From NCBI GenBank assembly GCA_965112735.1, contig OZ218950.1, positions 6,882,001 to 6,946,000 of the forward strand: 64,000 nt of DNA, in the 5' to 3' direction. The translations under genes were made by a program, and so were the position numbers. The notes under the pieces are model-generated. The model saw only the letters and a list, made by a program, of their open reading frames with translations, ran no database searches and was not told where the DNA came from. This document shows, one piece after another, positions 13,667 to 27,112 of the stretch. This stretch comes from Phaeosaccion multiseriatum (Eukaryota > Protista > Ochrophyta, other classes). Each line of letters begins with the position of its first letter. Position 1 is the stretch's first letter.

Positions 13667-14079
13667 CTCCTTGCCGACCCGTTGGTGAACAACGCCCCTT
13701 CCGCCGCCTCCTTCGCTCTCCCCTCCTCGCTCTCTAAGAGGCTCTGTGTCAGATCGAGGAAAAGCCTACTCAACTAGCCCAGCGTGCACAAATCTGCTCT
13801 ACACCCTCTCTTCGGGAGATGTGAGAAGGAGGAGAGGAAAGGAGGGGGGAGAGCCCAGGCCCATGCAATAATTGAGATTTGAGAATCTGATCATGTTGAG
13901 CAGAAGGGGGGGGGAAGTTTTGCTCTTCATCCCTGCTCCCTGCTGCACAAATGGAGGGATGCCCGCCGCCGTCTGCAGTTGCAGTCGCCCCAGACCCGGC
14001 GGCCGCAGCAGCAGCAGCAGCAGCAGCGCGAAGGCGCTCGTGTTGCCGATGGAAGAGGGGCCTGTGCTCGGCGGCCGTC

Positions 14080-15455
14080 ATGGCGTCTTTGCCAGCCATG
14101 TGCGTGCTTTCCTTCCTGCCTTACTCGACGCTGGCCTTCTGCAACCCCCCGTCCATGCCCACGACCACGGGCCCGAGCCAGGCTCGCAGACAAGGACAGG
14201 GCCGCCACCTCCTCCACGACAGGAGCAGCAGGAGCAGCAGGAGGCACTCTTCAACGAGGGCGATGCTCTTCGCGCCCGTCTCCGGCAGTGACGGAAGGAG
14301 AGCGATGAGCAGCAGTAGTAGTAGCAGTAGTGGCAGTGGCAAAATAAGTAGCGGTGGTTGCGTGAATAGTGGTAGGACGGGCAGCAAATCCAGCAGGATG
14401 GGCAGGAGGAGCACCCAGTGTGGCTGCGGGGCCTGTCGCCGCGCAAGTGGCCGGAACGCCCTCCTTGTGATGGCAGCGGCCTCTCCTCAGCAAGACGCAA
14501 ACACTAGTCCAGGCAGAAAGGATGACGCTATAGGAAAGGCCGGAGGCGCGAAGCAGGAGGGCGAGGAGGAGGAAGAGAAGGAGGTGAAGGTGGTGTACAC
14601 CCCGCCCGCGGCCGACGAGCGCGAGTTGCTCGTCCGGGAAGGGGAAGCAGCAGCAGCGGCAGCAGAGGCCCAAGCGGAGGTGGAGATGCCTCAGCCGCGC
14701 TTGGGCGATGTGGTGCAGTACCCAGGCAAGTGGCCCAACGACTTGTACCTGGGGGAGGTGGTGAATCTGCAGTACATCGAGTCGAGGGGCAAGTGGATCG
14801 CCGACATCAAGCCCCTCAAGGACATTGGCGAGGTGCGTGAAGCGAACCATCACACCCCAACACTGTTTAGAGAGACAGGACACCCGCAGATGCCGTTCTT
14901 CCTTCACACTCTCAATCCATCGCTTTGCCTGCTCTGCTGTGCCACCAACTGCTTTATGTATGCTGCTGCTGCTGCTGCTCCAAACAGGGCCAATTCGCTC
15001 GGGAGAGGAGCCAGTTCGGCCGCTTGGTGGAGACTGAGGACGTGGACAAGCTCAAGCCTGTGAGGGCCTACTTCGTCCGGAGTACCAACGCGTGGAGGGC
15101 CGCCTTTGGAAAAGACGCGGAAGGTAACCCCAAGCCGCAATACATCAGCGAGAAGGGCTACGACGTGTCTGACTTCCAGCTGCCGCAGAAGGAGGTGCGC
15201 ATTCCGTGGTTTTGTGTGGCTTCTGTGCATTCCGTGGTTTTGTGTGGCTTATTTACTGCAAAGCCGCTCCTGACCTCGCCCTCTTTTCCCTCCATGTCTC
15301 TCTCTCTCACTGACTCTCTCGTTCTTTTTTTCTTGCTCTCTCTCTCTGTCTCTCTGTCTCTCTTTCTCTTCTCTCTCTCTCTCTCTCTCTCTCGCTTTCT
15401 CTCTCTCTCGCTTTCTCTCTCTGTCTCTGTCTCTCTCTCTGTCTGTCTCTCTGTC

Positions 15456-15498
<43 letters not shown>

Positions 15499-18456
15499 GT
15501 CCCCTCAAGGTGGATGCAAGTGTGTTGGAGACGGACCTGCAGGCCTACACCAGTCTCAAGCAACGCATCTTCGGAGACACCCTGCGCTTTGGGGGGCTGT
15601 GCACGGCCGCCGCCACTGTCTACGGCGTGCTTAACGGGCATGGCGTCATGGTGAGGGGCGAGCCAGGGAGGGAGGGGGGGAAGGAGGGAGGGAGGGAGAG
15701 GGAGGGAGGGAGGGAGGGAGGGAGGGCGCCATTCGGATCGGAGGAGGGAGGGATGGAGGGGTGGGAGGGCGGGAGAGGCGGGGGACAAGAAAGGAGGAGC
15801 TAAGCTAAGCGTGCGTGTGTGTGTGTGTGCGTGCGTACGTCCATGCGTGTCTTCTTCCCGCCCCACTCACTCACTCTAGGACGGCGCTGCTTGCGGCTTG
15901 GGCGTGGCTGCGGCTCTAGTGTACGTGTCTCTCCTCGGGGCCTCCACAGACACCGCGGGCACCAAAGACAGGTGATCCATCAACCCGTCCCCTCCGCCTC
16001 CTCCTCCTCCTCCTCCCCCTCCTCCCCCTCCTCCTCCTCCTCTTCCTCCTCCTCCTCCTCCTCCTTCTCCACCTCCTCCTCCTTCTTCTCCTTCTCCTCC
16101 TCCTCCTCCTCCTCCTCCTCCTCCTCCTCCTTCTCCACCTCCACCTCCTCCTTCTCCTCCTCCTCCTCCTCCTCCTCCTGCTCCTGCTCCTCGCCCCCCA
16201 TCCACTCATCCACCTCTGCACTCTAAGCCATCGATCCAGCACCCCCCCACCAATGAGTCTTTCTCGAGATGAGAGCATGATATTGCTTGCTCCTGGATAA
16301 CTAAAAGCCCCCTCACTTTTCACCCCCCCCACCCCACTCCACCTCACCCCACCCCTCCCCACCCCACCTCACCCACAGCAACAAGCTCTTCTACTTCGGC
16401 CGCATCTCCCTGCCTCTCGCCCTGTGCGGTACCCTCGTAGTCCTCAACGTGTCCTTGGGAGAGGCGGGTCTCGGCCTTGTGTCCGCCCCTCCCCTCTCCA
16501 ACTCCGTCACCTTCAACCTGATACCGGCGAGTCAGTTCGTGAGTGCCATGTTTGGCTTCGTTCTCTCGTACCGAGTGCCCCTGCTGTATCAGGAGCTCAA
16601 CAACGCCCGAGTCACAGAGGAGGAGCTTTTGGACCTTCTGCCGGGCTCGGCGGGGGCAGGTTGGTACTTCGTTCCTTCGTCCACTGGCGTTGTCGCCAGT
16701 TGTCGATTGTCGTGTATGGTGTCAAGGGCTACCTTTACCCAATGCCTGCTGCCTGTCTTTCCAATCTCGTCTATCCGTCTCTCTCATTTCCTTTCTTTCT
16801 TTTCCTTTGTCTTGTCTTGTTTGTCTGTCTGTTTGTCTGTCTACCTGTCTGTCTATCTGTCTGCCTGTCTGCCTGCCTGCCTACCTGTCTACCTGTCTGC
16901 CCTGTCTGTCTGTCTGTCTGTCTGTCTATCTGTCTGTCTTTCCGTCTGTCTTTCCGCCTGTTCGTCCGTCCGCAACAGGCAAGCGCCTGGCCAAAGGGGC
17001 GGGGGTGAACTCGGCGGTCAAGGGCATGCAGAGCACAGGGGAGGCAGAGGGAGGGGGGCGGCAGCGCGGAGCCAAGGCCGCTGCTTTGGATCAATATGAA
17101 GAGGAAATGGAGGACGTTACGCCAGTGGTGGTGGTTTCTGGGCCGGTAGGCATGGGCACCACCACCCTTGTGCAGCAAGTGCTCAACATGGATGGTGAGG
17201 AGATGTTAGGGAGGGAGAAGAGGAGGAGGAGGAGGAAGAAGGGTAGGGGGAGGCGGGGATGGGCAGCTTGAGGGAGACAAACTGAAACTGAGAGAAGAAG
17301 AGGGGGGCTCGATGTGAAGGGCTCGCGAAGGAAATCGCTGCCTTCGTGCCCTGCTTGCTGAGTCACTCAAGCTTTGCCGGCCGGCGTCTCTCTGCTCCCC
17401 TCCTCTCCCTCCCCCCTCCTCTCCTTTCCAATCCCCTCTTCCCTCCCTCCCTCCCTCCCTCCCTCCCTCCCTCCCTCCCTCCTCTCCCTTCCCCTCCCCG
17501 CCCGTCCTCCTGTCCATTTCCCTCCCCTCCCCCTCCCTCTCTCAGGCGGCTTGCCTCGCCTGAAGGCGTCGGACAAGCAGGACAAGAAAGATTCCCCGGG
17601 GGGTCGCCGAAGACCTCCCGCCACCCCCCGCTGGTGCACCTCTCGCCCCTCCCCCGAGGGGGATGGTACCCCGGGGGGCTTGGGGCGGCCAGAGGACCTT
17701 GTGTTTTTGCCTCCGGCGGAGTTCGAAGACATCGAGCGAACGGGGGGGTTTCTGCAGGTGCAGCAGGGGGAGGATGGCTTTCTCTATGGCCTCAGGGTGG
17801 AGGAGATTGAGGAGGTTTGGAAGAGCGGGGCCGTGCCTGTCATCGATGCCAAGAGGTGAGTGGGAGGGGGAGGGTTAGAGGTGGATGCGTGGGAAGTGAC
17901 ATTCTGGGGTGGATCGTTGGTGACTTACCGGGGTGGATAGTGGGGGCGTGTGGGGCTTGTTCAGCGGCCTACTTGCCTCTCTGTTGGGGTGCCCAAAGGA
18001 CCCAAGAGACAGAACGAGGGGGGGGGGGTCGTCTCGCTACCATCCGAGTGCAGCTGCTTGCACCAACAGTTCCATGTGTTCCCTCACACATGCACTTACT
18101 TACGTGTGTGTGGTCGGCTGGCGTCTTTCTATCCGTCTATCAGGAGCCTCGTGGAGAGGCTGATGCGAGAGCCGGACCTGGCCCTGGTCGGGGTGTGGGT
18201 GAGCCTAGACAGCCTTCAGGCCATCGAGGACCGTCTCAGGGACAACCTCGTCAAGCAGGGCACATTGGGTCAAGCGGGGGATGCCCAACTAGAGGAGGAG
18301 GTGGAGGCGCGCAAGCAGGAGGCGCTAAGTGGGATTGAGTTTGGCGTGAACTCCGGTGTGTTTGAGCTGATGGTGATGAACAAGGATTCGGAGGAGGACA
18401 GGGCGGCCGGCATTAAGAAGATACGGAGAGCCATTGAGTTTGCGTACTCTTCGTAG
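14080..18456 (+). CDS. Plastid-targeted fusion protein: unknown beta domain + CGL160/AtpI-like membrane domain + guanylate-kinase-like domain; exons 14080-14832, 14988-15194, 15510-15650, 15880-15971, 16379-16659, 16979-17194, 17546-17855, ~18145-18456
   Basis: All GT-AG junctions keep frame. Signal 'STLA-FCNPP'. AtpI-like 'YTSLKQRIFGDTL...GLGVAAALVYVSLLGASTD...MFGFVLSYRVPLLY'. GK-like 'VVVVSGPVGMGTTTL...CTSRP...LYGLRVEEIEEVWKSGAVPVID...FELMVMN'. Upstream in-frame ATG at 13951 is an alternative start. Confidence 0.75.
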
Positions 18457-18773
18457 TCAGGCTTTTCAAAGTGTAAGAGAAGTGCGTAAAAATCGCCCAA
18501 ATCGCCCCGTTTTTAAGAGATCGTCGACACACCGGACGTGCTATCTGCTATCTGCTATCACGCTGCTATCGGCTGGGGTTATCCCGATTAAAATCAACTG
18601 TTTCAGAAGGAGTCGAGCTCTACATTTGACAAAGAGCACGATACAAAAAGTAGAGAGGAGATTTGACGGGGGCGAGGTGCGGGAAAAATCCTTGTGAGGT
18701 TGGTGAAAAAAGAGGTCAGGAGCAGTAGAAGAAGCAGAAGCAGCTGCCACAGGCTGGGCAATCGGCTTCAGCG

Positions 18774-20498
18774 ATGGGGCGCAGCGGTGGCGTGAACCAC
18801 AAAGTGCTGGTACGTAGAGCAACGTGCTGCAGTTGATGGCTTGAAGAGGGAGGCAGCAGCAGCAGCAGCAGACAGATTTGTTAGCGAAGAGCCTCCTTAG
18901 GCTTAGGACATGTCCCGATAACAGGGGCCCATCCGCTCGTGTTCCTCGGTATCTGCTGCTCACTTTTTTCTCTTCCTCTCCACCCACCACCTGGCTGCTG
19001 CGGACGCTGCCTACAGGAGGCAAACGAGAGGAAAGCCGTGCAGGTGGCGGAGAAGGAACGGCAAGCAGCAGCTGCTGCGGAGAGGAAAGAAGCCGCAGAC
19101 TGGTCGAGGGGGGCGAATAATCGAGGAGCAAAGAGGTGAGGAGAGAAGGACAATTAGGCTTGCTCTGTGTCTTGCTCTTTGCCTTCTTCCTCGACCCCCC
19201 CTCCTGAGCTGCTCGCCTCACGCGAGTTCTCCATTTGTTGCTGTGTCCTGCCCTCTCTGCCAGAGCGGATGACTCTGCATCGAAGGAAGCGCAGAAGCTT
19301 GCCAAGCTGGCAGACAAGAGGAGGGCACAGGCGGAGGACGAAGAGATGATGAATGCAGTCGCCAAGCCAAAAAAGGTGAGTGTGAGAGAAAGAGAGACAC
19401 GGAGAGAGAGAAAGAGAGGTTTTTAGCCTCCCCCCCCCGACCCCCGCAGCAGAAGCTCCTGTTCTCTCCCCCCCCTGGCTCTTAAACCCCCCTCTATGCT
19501 CTCTCTCTCTCTTTGTCCAATGTGAACCACCCCCCTCTTCCACACACAGCCTGCCGGGAAGAAAAAGACAGATATACCGCCGTGGGAGGCAGCGCTGGCA
19601 GGGTCGGTGAAGAAGGGAGGCAAGAAGAAGCCTTGGGAAATTGAGGCTGAGAAGAAGAAGGAGGAGAAGAGGAAGGAGGATGAGAGGAAGGCGGAGGAGA
19701 AGAAACAAGAGGTGAGCGGGCGGTCCGGGTTGTGGTATCGCGCGTACTGAGTCTTTTTAAGCGTCAAGAGTAGCTTGTTGGCCCTTTTGAGCGCTCCAAT
19801 ACAGACTACAGAGACCACTTTCTCAACGGATGTGTATGCCCCACACCTTTATATGTGCTCCCCCCCCACCCCTTCTTGTTGTTGCTTCATCAGAAAGAAG
19901 CGCTGGCCAAGGCAATGGCTGGCATGGACACTTCGAACGTGATGGACCATAAGGTCAACAACAAGCCACTGTCCAGTGAGGAGGGGGGGGCGGCGGCGGA
20001 GGACGAGGACTGGTCTTCCGGCATCGATGCTGCGCTTGATCGGCTGGCGATTGATGCCAATGGAGGCAGGAAGGGCTCCATGACAGGGCTGGGGGCGGGA
20101 GTCATTCCTGCGGGCAGTAAGAACTTGAAGGTTAGAGAGGCGTGCTGGAGAAAGGAGGGAGGGGAGGGGAGGGAAGGAGGAGGGGAAGTGGTGCTACGAA
20201 TTCGTGTTCCGGTTGTGGTGCTAAAAACCCTCCACATGTATTGCTACAATTGTCGTGAATGCCTTTTGGTCGAGACGTAGTGACACCCCCCCCCCCCTTT
20301 TTGATGCCTTCCCTTCAGGCTTTATATCGGGCCTTCGAGGACCGGGAAATGGTGAAAATGAGGGAGGACAAACCCGGGCTTCGATTGAGACAATACCGCG
20401 AGCGCATATTCGAAATGTGGCGAAGATCGCCGGAGAATCCGCTCAACAAGCCTCGGGAGGAGCAGAAAGAGGCCGGAGAGAGCTCTCTGAGGACATGA
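18774..20498 (+). CDS. CCDC124: CCDC124/Lso2 ribosome-binding coiled-coil protein; multi-exon
   Basis: 'MGRSGGVNHKVL|EANERKA...EAADW', 'SGIDAALDRL', 'ALYRAFEDREMVKMREDKPGLRLRQYRERIFEMWRRSPENPLN'. Confidence 0.92.
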
Positions 20499-20569
20499 TA
20501 GTTCTACGATACTACAGCAGTATCAGGGGTCAGGACGAGGGAGGGAGGGAGGCAGGAGGCAGGGAGAAA

Positions 20570-20619
<50 letters not shown>

Positions 20620-21878
20620 AGCAGAGGTGACAATGGTAGACAGACGGCAAACTTGCCCACCATTTTGGCAGCCAATGGACAGGCACAGGTCTGTGGAAGG
20701 GTCCACAGGGGAAGACGGCTGCAGGGGAGGGACTTGAGTATCTGGCTCAAAGCGGGGATGGCAGGGGATGGCTGCTGCAGAAGGGCAAGTACAGGTACAT
20801 TCTTTTTTTGGTTTTCCCTTCGAGGAGGGAACGAGAGCGACGGAAGTGGCTTGCTGGCAGCATGTAAAACAGCGCGCCTTGTTGGCATGTTGGTAGTACA
20901 GTGCATGACAGAAGGGAAAAGCAGGATCACGCTCGCCACCAAGAGAAGGAAGTGGCGCTGCTTTAAGCTGTTTCCGCTCCACACCGCTCCACGAGCCTGG
21001 CCTGGCCTCGACTTGCTTTGCCGAGGCCGGAGTACGGGCCTTGCTGCTGCTCCTATCCAGCCACCAGCCAGCCAGCAGAAACAGAGGGTGAGCAAAGGAT
21101 TGAAGCAGGCATACGACGGGTGTGAAGGAGGGAAGGAGGAGGAGAGGCTGCATGAGTAAGAAAAAGGGATCTGGGTCGTAACCTAACTGTTTTCCCTCCC
21201 TTCCTGTCCATCATTGTGTGTGTTTACGCTCGCCGCAGGTAGCCTCCGCCCCTTGGCGACAGGGGAGGTTGAGGGAGCGGAGAGAAGGAAGGGAGGACAG
21301 CTACAGCCTACGAGGGGGGCGAGGAGCGGTTGCACTTCAGCAATCACAGATGGGACACGACTGCGGATAGCGCAACGGGGGAGGTGGGCTGGGCCCCGTG
21401 TGCACACCGTGGCTGAGGGCGCATATTCCCCTCCCCCTCAGACTGCACCTGTCTACCTCTCTGCCCCCCAAGACTTGCCCTCTCCACCTCCCACCCTCTC
21501 TCTTGCAGCGTTGTAGTGCTGTGGACTTCGTAGCTGGCTCGGCCTGGCGTGGTTTCTAGTATTTAAAGCCGTCACACCCTACTACGATCATGTGGGGCGA
21601 TATCGAATGTATAATATGTACTAAGTAATAGGTTTGCCCGAAGTCTTGCCAGAGACGGGATGACCCGCAGACTGCATGGTTTCCCCCCCTCCCGGAGACT
21701 TTGTTCTCCGAGCGATTCAGGCCGTCCTTCTAAAGACAGGAAGACTGGCAACTCGTCAAGAGATTGGTGCTGTCCGCGCCATCTGTGAAGGCACCAGGCG
21801 AAAGCCCTTCTCCGTATCGCATTGACTTGATTTTGGGTCCTTCCTCTCAGGACCCAACTTGCCCGCACCCAAGTATGC

Positions 21879-23679
21879 CTACCCTCCGTGCACCCCGTCT
21901 CTACTCACGGTGAAGGTCCGGCTTGTGCAGGCTTGTGCAGGGGACAGCAGCAGCGCCATCTCTCTCACAGGCTGCTGTACCACCAACTGCTGCATCACAC
22001 CGCCTCCAATGCCGCTTCTTCCCACGGCCCCTCTCGTAACCTCCCCCGTCTTGCGCAGCACAAATCTCGAATTCACACACGTACTCCACAGCAAGCCCAG
22101 TGCCGGCTCGGGTCGACTCTCCCCTCCCCACCCTCCCACGGCAACTCGTTGGCCTGACGCTTGATCCGACGCAAGACCTGACACCGGCTTGCTGGTGACT
22201 TGATTGACCACCACGAAGGGGCAGGCGTGCTCGTCGCTAAGCTGCTTCATCTGCTGTGCCAGCTCTGTGAGCATGCGGGATCGCCGCTGCATGTCCTGGC
22301 GGGAATGTCCGAAACCCCCTCCGCCGCGGAACAGCGCCCCGATGGAGTCGATGACCACCAACCTCACCCCTTCTCCCCGTCCTCCTCCTTCTCGCCCTCC
22401 TCCTTGATGCTGTCCATTGCTACTACTGCTAATGGTGCTACTACTACTACAGGGGGAATTTCCCCGCTTGCTGCTCATGAACTGAGGCAGAAGGCCAGAG
22501 AGAACTTCGGACTGTGTAACGCCGGACAGAGGGGAGAAACGTGGGGGAGAGGGGCGGCGGGTTGGGAGGGAGGGTGAGATATCGAATATCGACTAAAAGT
22601 AGATTCGAGCTTGCACTCAACGCGTCTGGCCCATTCCTTCGGCCTGCTCTGGCCATCGGTGCTTCACTCCAGCTGTAAAAAGGCTCTCCAGTACACAGCG
22701 CTATCAACCCTCTGCCTGGCTCTCTCTCGCTCTTCGTGCAGCATAGGCAATGCGTCTCTCTCGCCCCCCCCCCCCCCCCCCCTTTAGGCTCCCCACTCAC
22801 CAAATGCTCGGCGCTACTGACGTGCAGAACATGCACTCTGCCCAGGAGGGCCTCCGGACTGAGAGGAGCAGCAGCCTCACCGCCTCCCTCCTGCTGCGCC
22901 CCGCAACCTTGGCCTCCATCGGGCTCGAGGGCATCATTCTCCTGTTCGGTCTCTCCAGGGACGTGTCGCGACAGGCTCTGTCGCCGTCCACCGGCAGCCC
23001 TTGCGCGCGCCATCTGAAGGAGTCGTTGGCTGGGGAAGATGCCCTCTCCGCACGACAGAAAGCAGGCGCAGGGCCCTGTTGTGCTGCTGCTGCTGCTGCT
23101 GCTGCTGCTGTCGCTGCTGTCGCTGTTGATGGTGGTGGTGGTGCTTTGTCTCGCCCGCTTTCTGCCAGCAGTGGCGTTGCTCCTGTCCAGGGCACTGCTG
23201 CCGCTCTCCTTCCCGCCCGTTGCTACCGGCCCTGCATCGCCACCTCTCCCGCCAACGCCTCCACCCGATTCTTGCACTGCCTCCAGGCACAGCTGCAGAC
23301 AGATCTGCGTCTTGCCAGCCCCTGCTTCTCCTGCCACCTCCGTGAGGCCCCTCCTCGGCACCCCTCCCCCAAAGGCGCTGTCGAGCTCGGGGCACCCGAA
23401 GCTCACCGGGGCCTCTCGGGGCAGGGCGAGGGCGGTGTAGCACGGCGGAGGGGCGCAATCCACGTCTTCCCCTCCTAACGGACCTCGCATCACCTTTGGC
23501 GTAGAGTGAGCTCCCGCGCCTGGCGCGGATGCCCTCCTGTGTGTATGTTTATGGCTGCTGACGAGCGTGGTGTAAGGGTTGTGAGGGGCTGAGCTCCTTC
23601 TGCTGCCGTTGCCCCATTTACCAATGCTGTTCGTGGGGCTACTGGGACTTGGAGTGCTGCACTCACTGCTGGAACTCAT
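21879..23679 (-). CDS. XRCC3: RAD51 paralog, XRCC3-like; exons 23679-22801 and 22511-21879
   Basis: 'FGCPELDSAFGGGV..GLTEVAGEAGAGKTQICLQL' (Walker A), 'FPSQRLLQMA', 'LVVIDSIGALFR' (Walker B), 'VVVNQV', 'PALGLLWSTCVNSRFVL'. Confidence 0.85.
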
Positions 23680-24229
23680 ACGAGCCTCCTCTGCTGCAGC
23701 AGCTGCTTCTCCGTGGATGTGGTGGGACAACTCCTTCAGATCAAGCTGTGTTTCGCCACCGGGCGTACAGAACAGGGGTCAGCAAACCCTACACCAGAGC
23801 TACCGCCGCCAGCAGCAGTATGAGTAGTAGCAGCAGCACGATCAACAGCAACAGCGCCGTCAACAATAACAGCATCAACAGTCTTAAGAAAAGTGAAAAT
23901 GGCTTCGGACAGCAGGAGATTTGAGGAGATCAGCTCTCGGCTGTCCGGATGTGCGAAGAGAGACGGAAGAAGAGGGTACACGATCGTAGAGAAAAGCTCG
24001 AGAGGAGAAGAAGAGAAGAGGGAAGAGGGGGGAAGGGATCGGGTTTGATTTGAGGGCCGTCTGCTGCCATCCTGCCCTTTACTTTTACTCTCCACTCCTT
24101 CTGCCAGTCTGGCCTTCGGCCAAACTCTCTCTCTGTTGGTTGTCTGTGCCCCTCCTTGCGGCAGGCAACTAAGGCGTAACCAGCGCTCAGAGCGTGAAGA
24201 AGGTGAAAGCGGCTGGAAGGGCCATCCTC

Positions 24230-25832
24230 GCTGAGAACGGAGGGAGGAGCGAGGGCATGGTTGGATGATCCCCTAGATGGGTTGGGATGTACCGCTCTGC
24301 TTTTGGCTGTAAAGAGGTGGAGGGGGGGTTTATTTGCGCTTTTACTGCAAGAAGGAGCGTCGCCGAACGTTTCAGAGCCTTCTGATGGCACTACTCCATT
24401 GCTTCACGCCACTAACGATGCGGCCATTGTGCAACAGCTTCTCTCTGCTGGTGCTGAGGTGGATGGAAGAATGGCCGATGGACAAGCGCCTCTCATGGGT
24501 ACATCTTGTTGGGGTCTAGTGCGGTCGTGAACAAGCTTCTGTCCGCCGGCGCCGAGGTGGACTAGTGTAGCGGAAAGCGAAAGGCGGTACAGCCTTGATG
24601 GATGCTTCCAAGCTAAAGCATCATGTTGTGGTGCAGCAGCTTCGTGCAGCTATTACCCCCCTGACAAGGTTCTGAGGCGACCCAGGTCCAGGTTCTGGCC
24701 GGCGCCAGCCGGCCAGGTTCCAGGTTCTGGGGGAAAACCATGTAATACGGCAATGATGAGGGCCAAGGCTGCTCTGCCAAGCCTCGCCAGCGGGTGTCAG
24801 GGGCCGAGTGCACAGGTGGATAAGACTGACGCCTTGTTGACAGCCGCTTGTGGAGAGGGGATGTTGCGGTGGTGGGCCACCTTCTTTCAGCCGGCGCCGA
24901 GGTCGACAAGGCGCTTTTGGAAGGCGGAATGGCCTTGATTTGTACTTCCAGCCAGGACATCATTCAGTGGTGCAGCAGCTGCAATCAGCCGGTATACATA
25001 GATTGATGACACAGATAGGGAAGGCCGCACACCCTTGTTTATGGCAGCACAAGAAGGACATGGCAGGGTCACGCAGCTACTGCTCACCTACGGGGCAGAT
25101 GCGAGTTTGGAGGACAGGAACGGAGGGTCTCCGCTTGGAGCGAGCTTAAAGGGTCATGAACTCGTGGTGGAGCAGCTCATCACAGCCAGCGCCCATCTCA
25201 ATAGCCGTGCGGGTATGGGAAGGAGCACTCCTTTGGTGCAAGCGTCTTTCGATGGACACCGAGGTGTTGTGCGAAGGTTGCTGTGGGCCGGCGCACAGGT
25301 GAATCTGAGTGGTGACGGGTGTGGAGCGTTACACTTGACATCCAAGGATGGTCGTGCTCGTGTCTGGGAGGAATTCACATCAGGAGGTGCTGGTGTGGAT
25401 ATACTGACTACTAGCCAGCGGTTCAGCGTCACCGCTTTGTTATTGGCTACCTACTTGTTTATGGCCATGGAGCCGTGGCCCATGAGCTCCTATCTGCGGG
25501 GGTGGATCCTGACAATGAGGGTGAGGGTCCTGCATCTGCTGAGACGCCCTAGTTTCACGCTGTATGGAAGAGCCACGGCGGGGCCGGCACTGCAGCTGCT
25601 CTCAGGAGGGGCCTCGCTGGCAAACGGTCGGACTCGGGCACAAGAGGAGGTGAACAGGATGGCCGCATTCCACTGCCTTCTGGCCGCGGACAGACAGCAC
25701 TTTGCGTCACAAAGCGCGCTGGACCTGATGCGGGGCACTGACCCTCTCTTTGGCAAGGAAGGCAGGTTGAAGGTGTCGCAGAGAGAGCTTTGCCAGGAGG
25801 TGCTGCAGGATGTGGCGTCTGAGACGGGCTGA
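24230..25832 (+). pseudogene. Decayed intronless ankyrin-repeat gene with frameshifts, stops and a MITE insertion
   Basis: Ankyrin units in shifting frames ('GCTALLLA', 'GTTPLLHA..IVQQLLSAGAEVD', 'FMAAQEGHGRVTQLLLTYGAD', 'TPLVQASFDGHRGVVRRLLWAGAQVN') with no splice-site pattern to repair them. Confidence 0.8.
24656..24807. mobile_element. MITE-like element, degenerate copy 1, inserted in the ankyrin pseudogene
   Basis: Ends CCCCTGACA...TGTCAGGGGCCGA; internal sequence shared with 27727-27916. Confidence 0.8.
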
Positions 25833-26864
25833 TGAAAGAGGCCTCTCGCCTGCCTTGTGGTCAGGGCGTGGGGAATGGGTGGGTTAGATGGCGTTTAATG
25901 GTGATGGCCTGCGTCGAGGGAGAGACGCCGAGCAGAGGAATTAATCATCAGCTTGGCTTCGCTCCTCAGATGCGCACCGTGGGTATATGCACCACGGCGA
26001 GTGGAAGGTCAGATGGCGAATCTGTGCTCTCCGTGGTTTGAGGGGCCGCACACGTAATGAAAGGGTACTGTGAGCTCCACACATAGACCGTGTGCTTGGT
26101 CCTTGCGACATGCCCTTGTGAGAGAGATTGCTGAGTAACGCCAGAGAAAGCCCAATCGGTGCAGTAGAGAACCAGAGAGGGAGAGCCCCGGAGGTGCGTG
26201 TGGGCCAGATGGCTCACAGCAACGCACTATGGAAAGCTTGGGGCAGCTTGCGCAGACCAGCGAGCACAGGCAAGGACGGGCAGAAGCCTTGCTCTCTTCC
26301 AAATAAGAGTCACTACCAGGTATCGTAAGTTTTAAGTTTTGATAACTTCATTTTGATGGTACAATCGTAAAGTTCCTGCGATCCCCTACCGGGCACACGC
26401 CATCCCGTCCTGATTTACACTTGTCCTCCTCCGGACTAAAGAGTATATACAATAACTTAACATTTCCTTGCGCGCTCAATGTATCGCACAGGGTCCAATG
26501 AGATCCTACCCAATGGTGTTCGAAATCACGCCCCCCCCCCCCCCTTGCATCTCCCTGCTGGAAGAAGAATAGCACACGTCCCTCAGCGGGCATTCGTTTA
26601 CCGTCTGTGCTATCCTATATCCGGACCTGTGGTAAGCCAGCTGGTGCGCAGTGAACAGTCCTCCTGCTCGCATGCGAAAAGCCTGGAAAGCAAGCATACT
26701 CGCTGTCCACAATGAAGGCGCCATGCACCCACGCCACCCATCCCTGCTATCGATAAAACAGCCCCGCGAGAGGATTACTCATCCACTCGCGCCGTCATCA
26801 ACCGTAATATGCCGAACACATTCAAACTCCCCCCGCTCGCTCCTCCCTTCAGGTGCTGAGTGCA

Positions 26865-27072
26865 CTACTCCACACCAAGGACCATGTCCTGCATGTGGCG
26901 GCGCGCGTTAGAGCACAGTTCGCTGGTGCTGGTCCACACCTGCGACCTAATGAATGAGTCGTAGTCGAGGAAGTGCGGGATGTGCCGGTACTCGAGTTCC
27001 GGGCTAAAAGACACCCGCAACTTCTTCTCTCTGCTCCTCCCGCTGCGGCTGCTGATGCTACTGGTGCTGGTG

Positions 27073-27112
<40 letters not shown>

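Noticed and set aside
20523-21516. Several 70-200-aa ORFs between CCDC124 and XRCC3
   Set aside because: No recognisable motifs or consistent exon structure.
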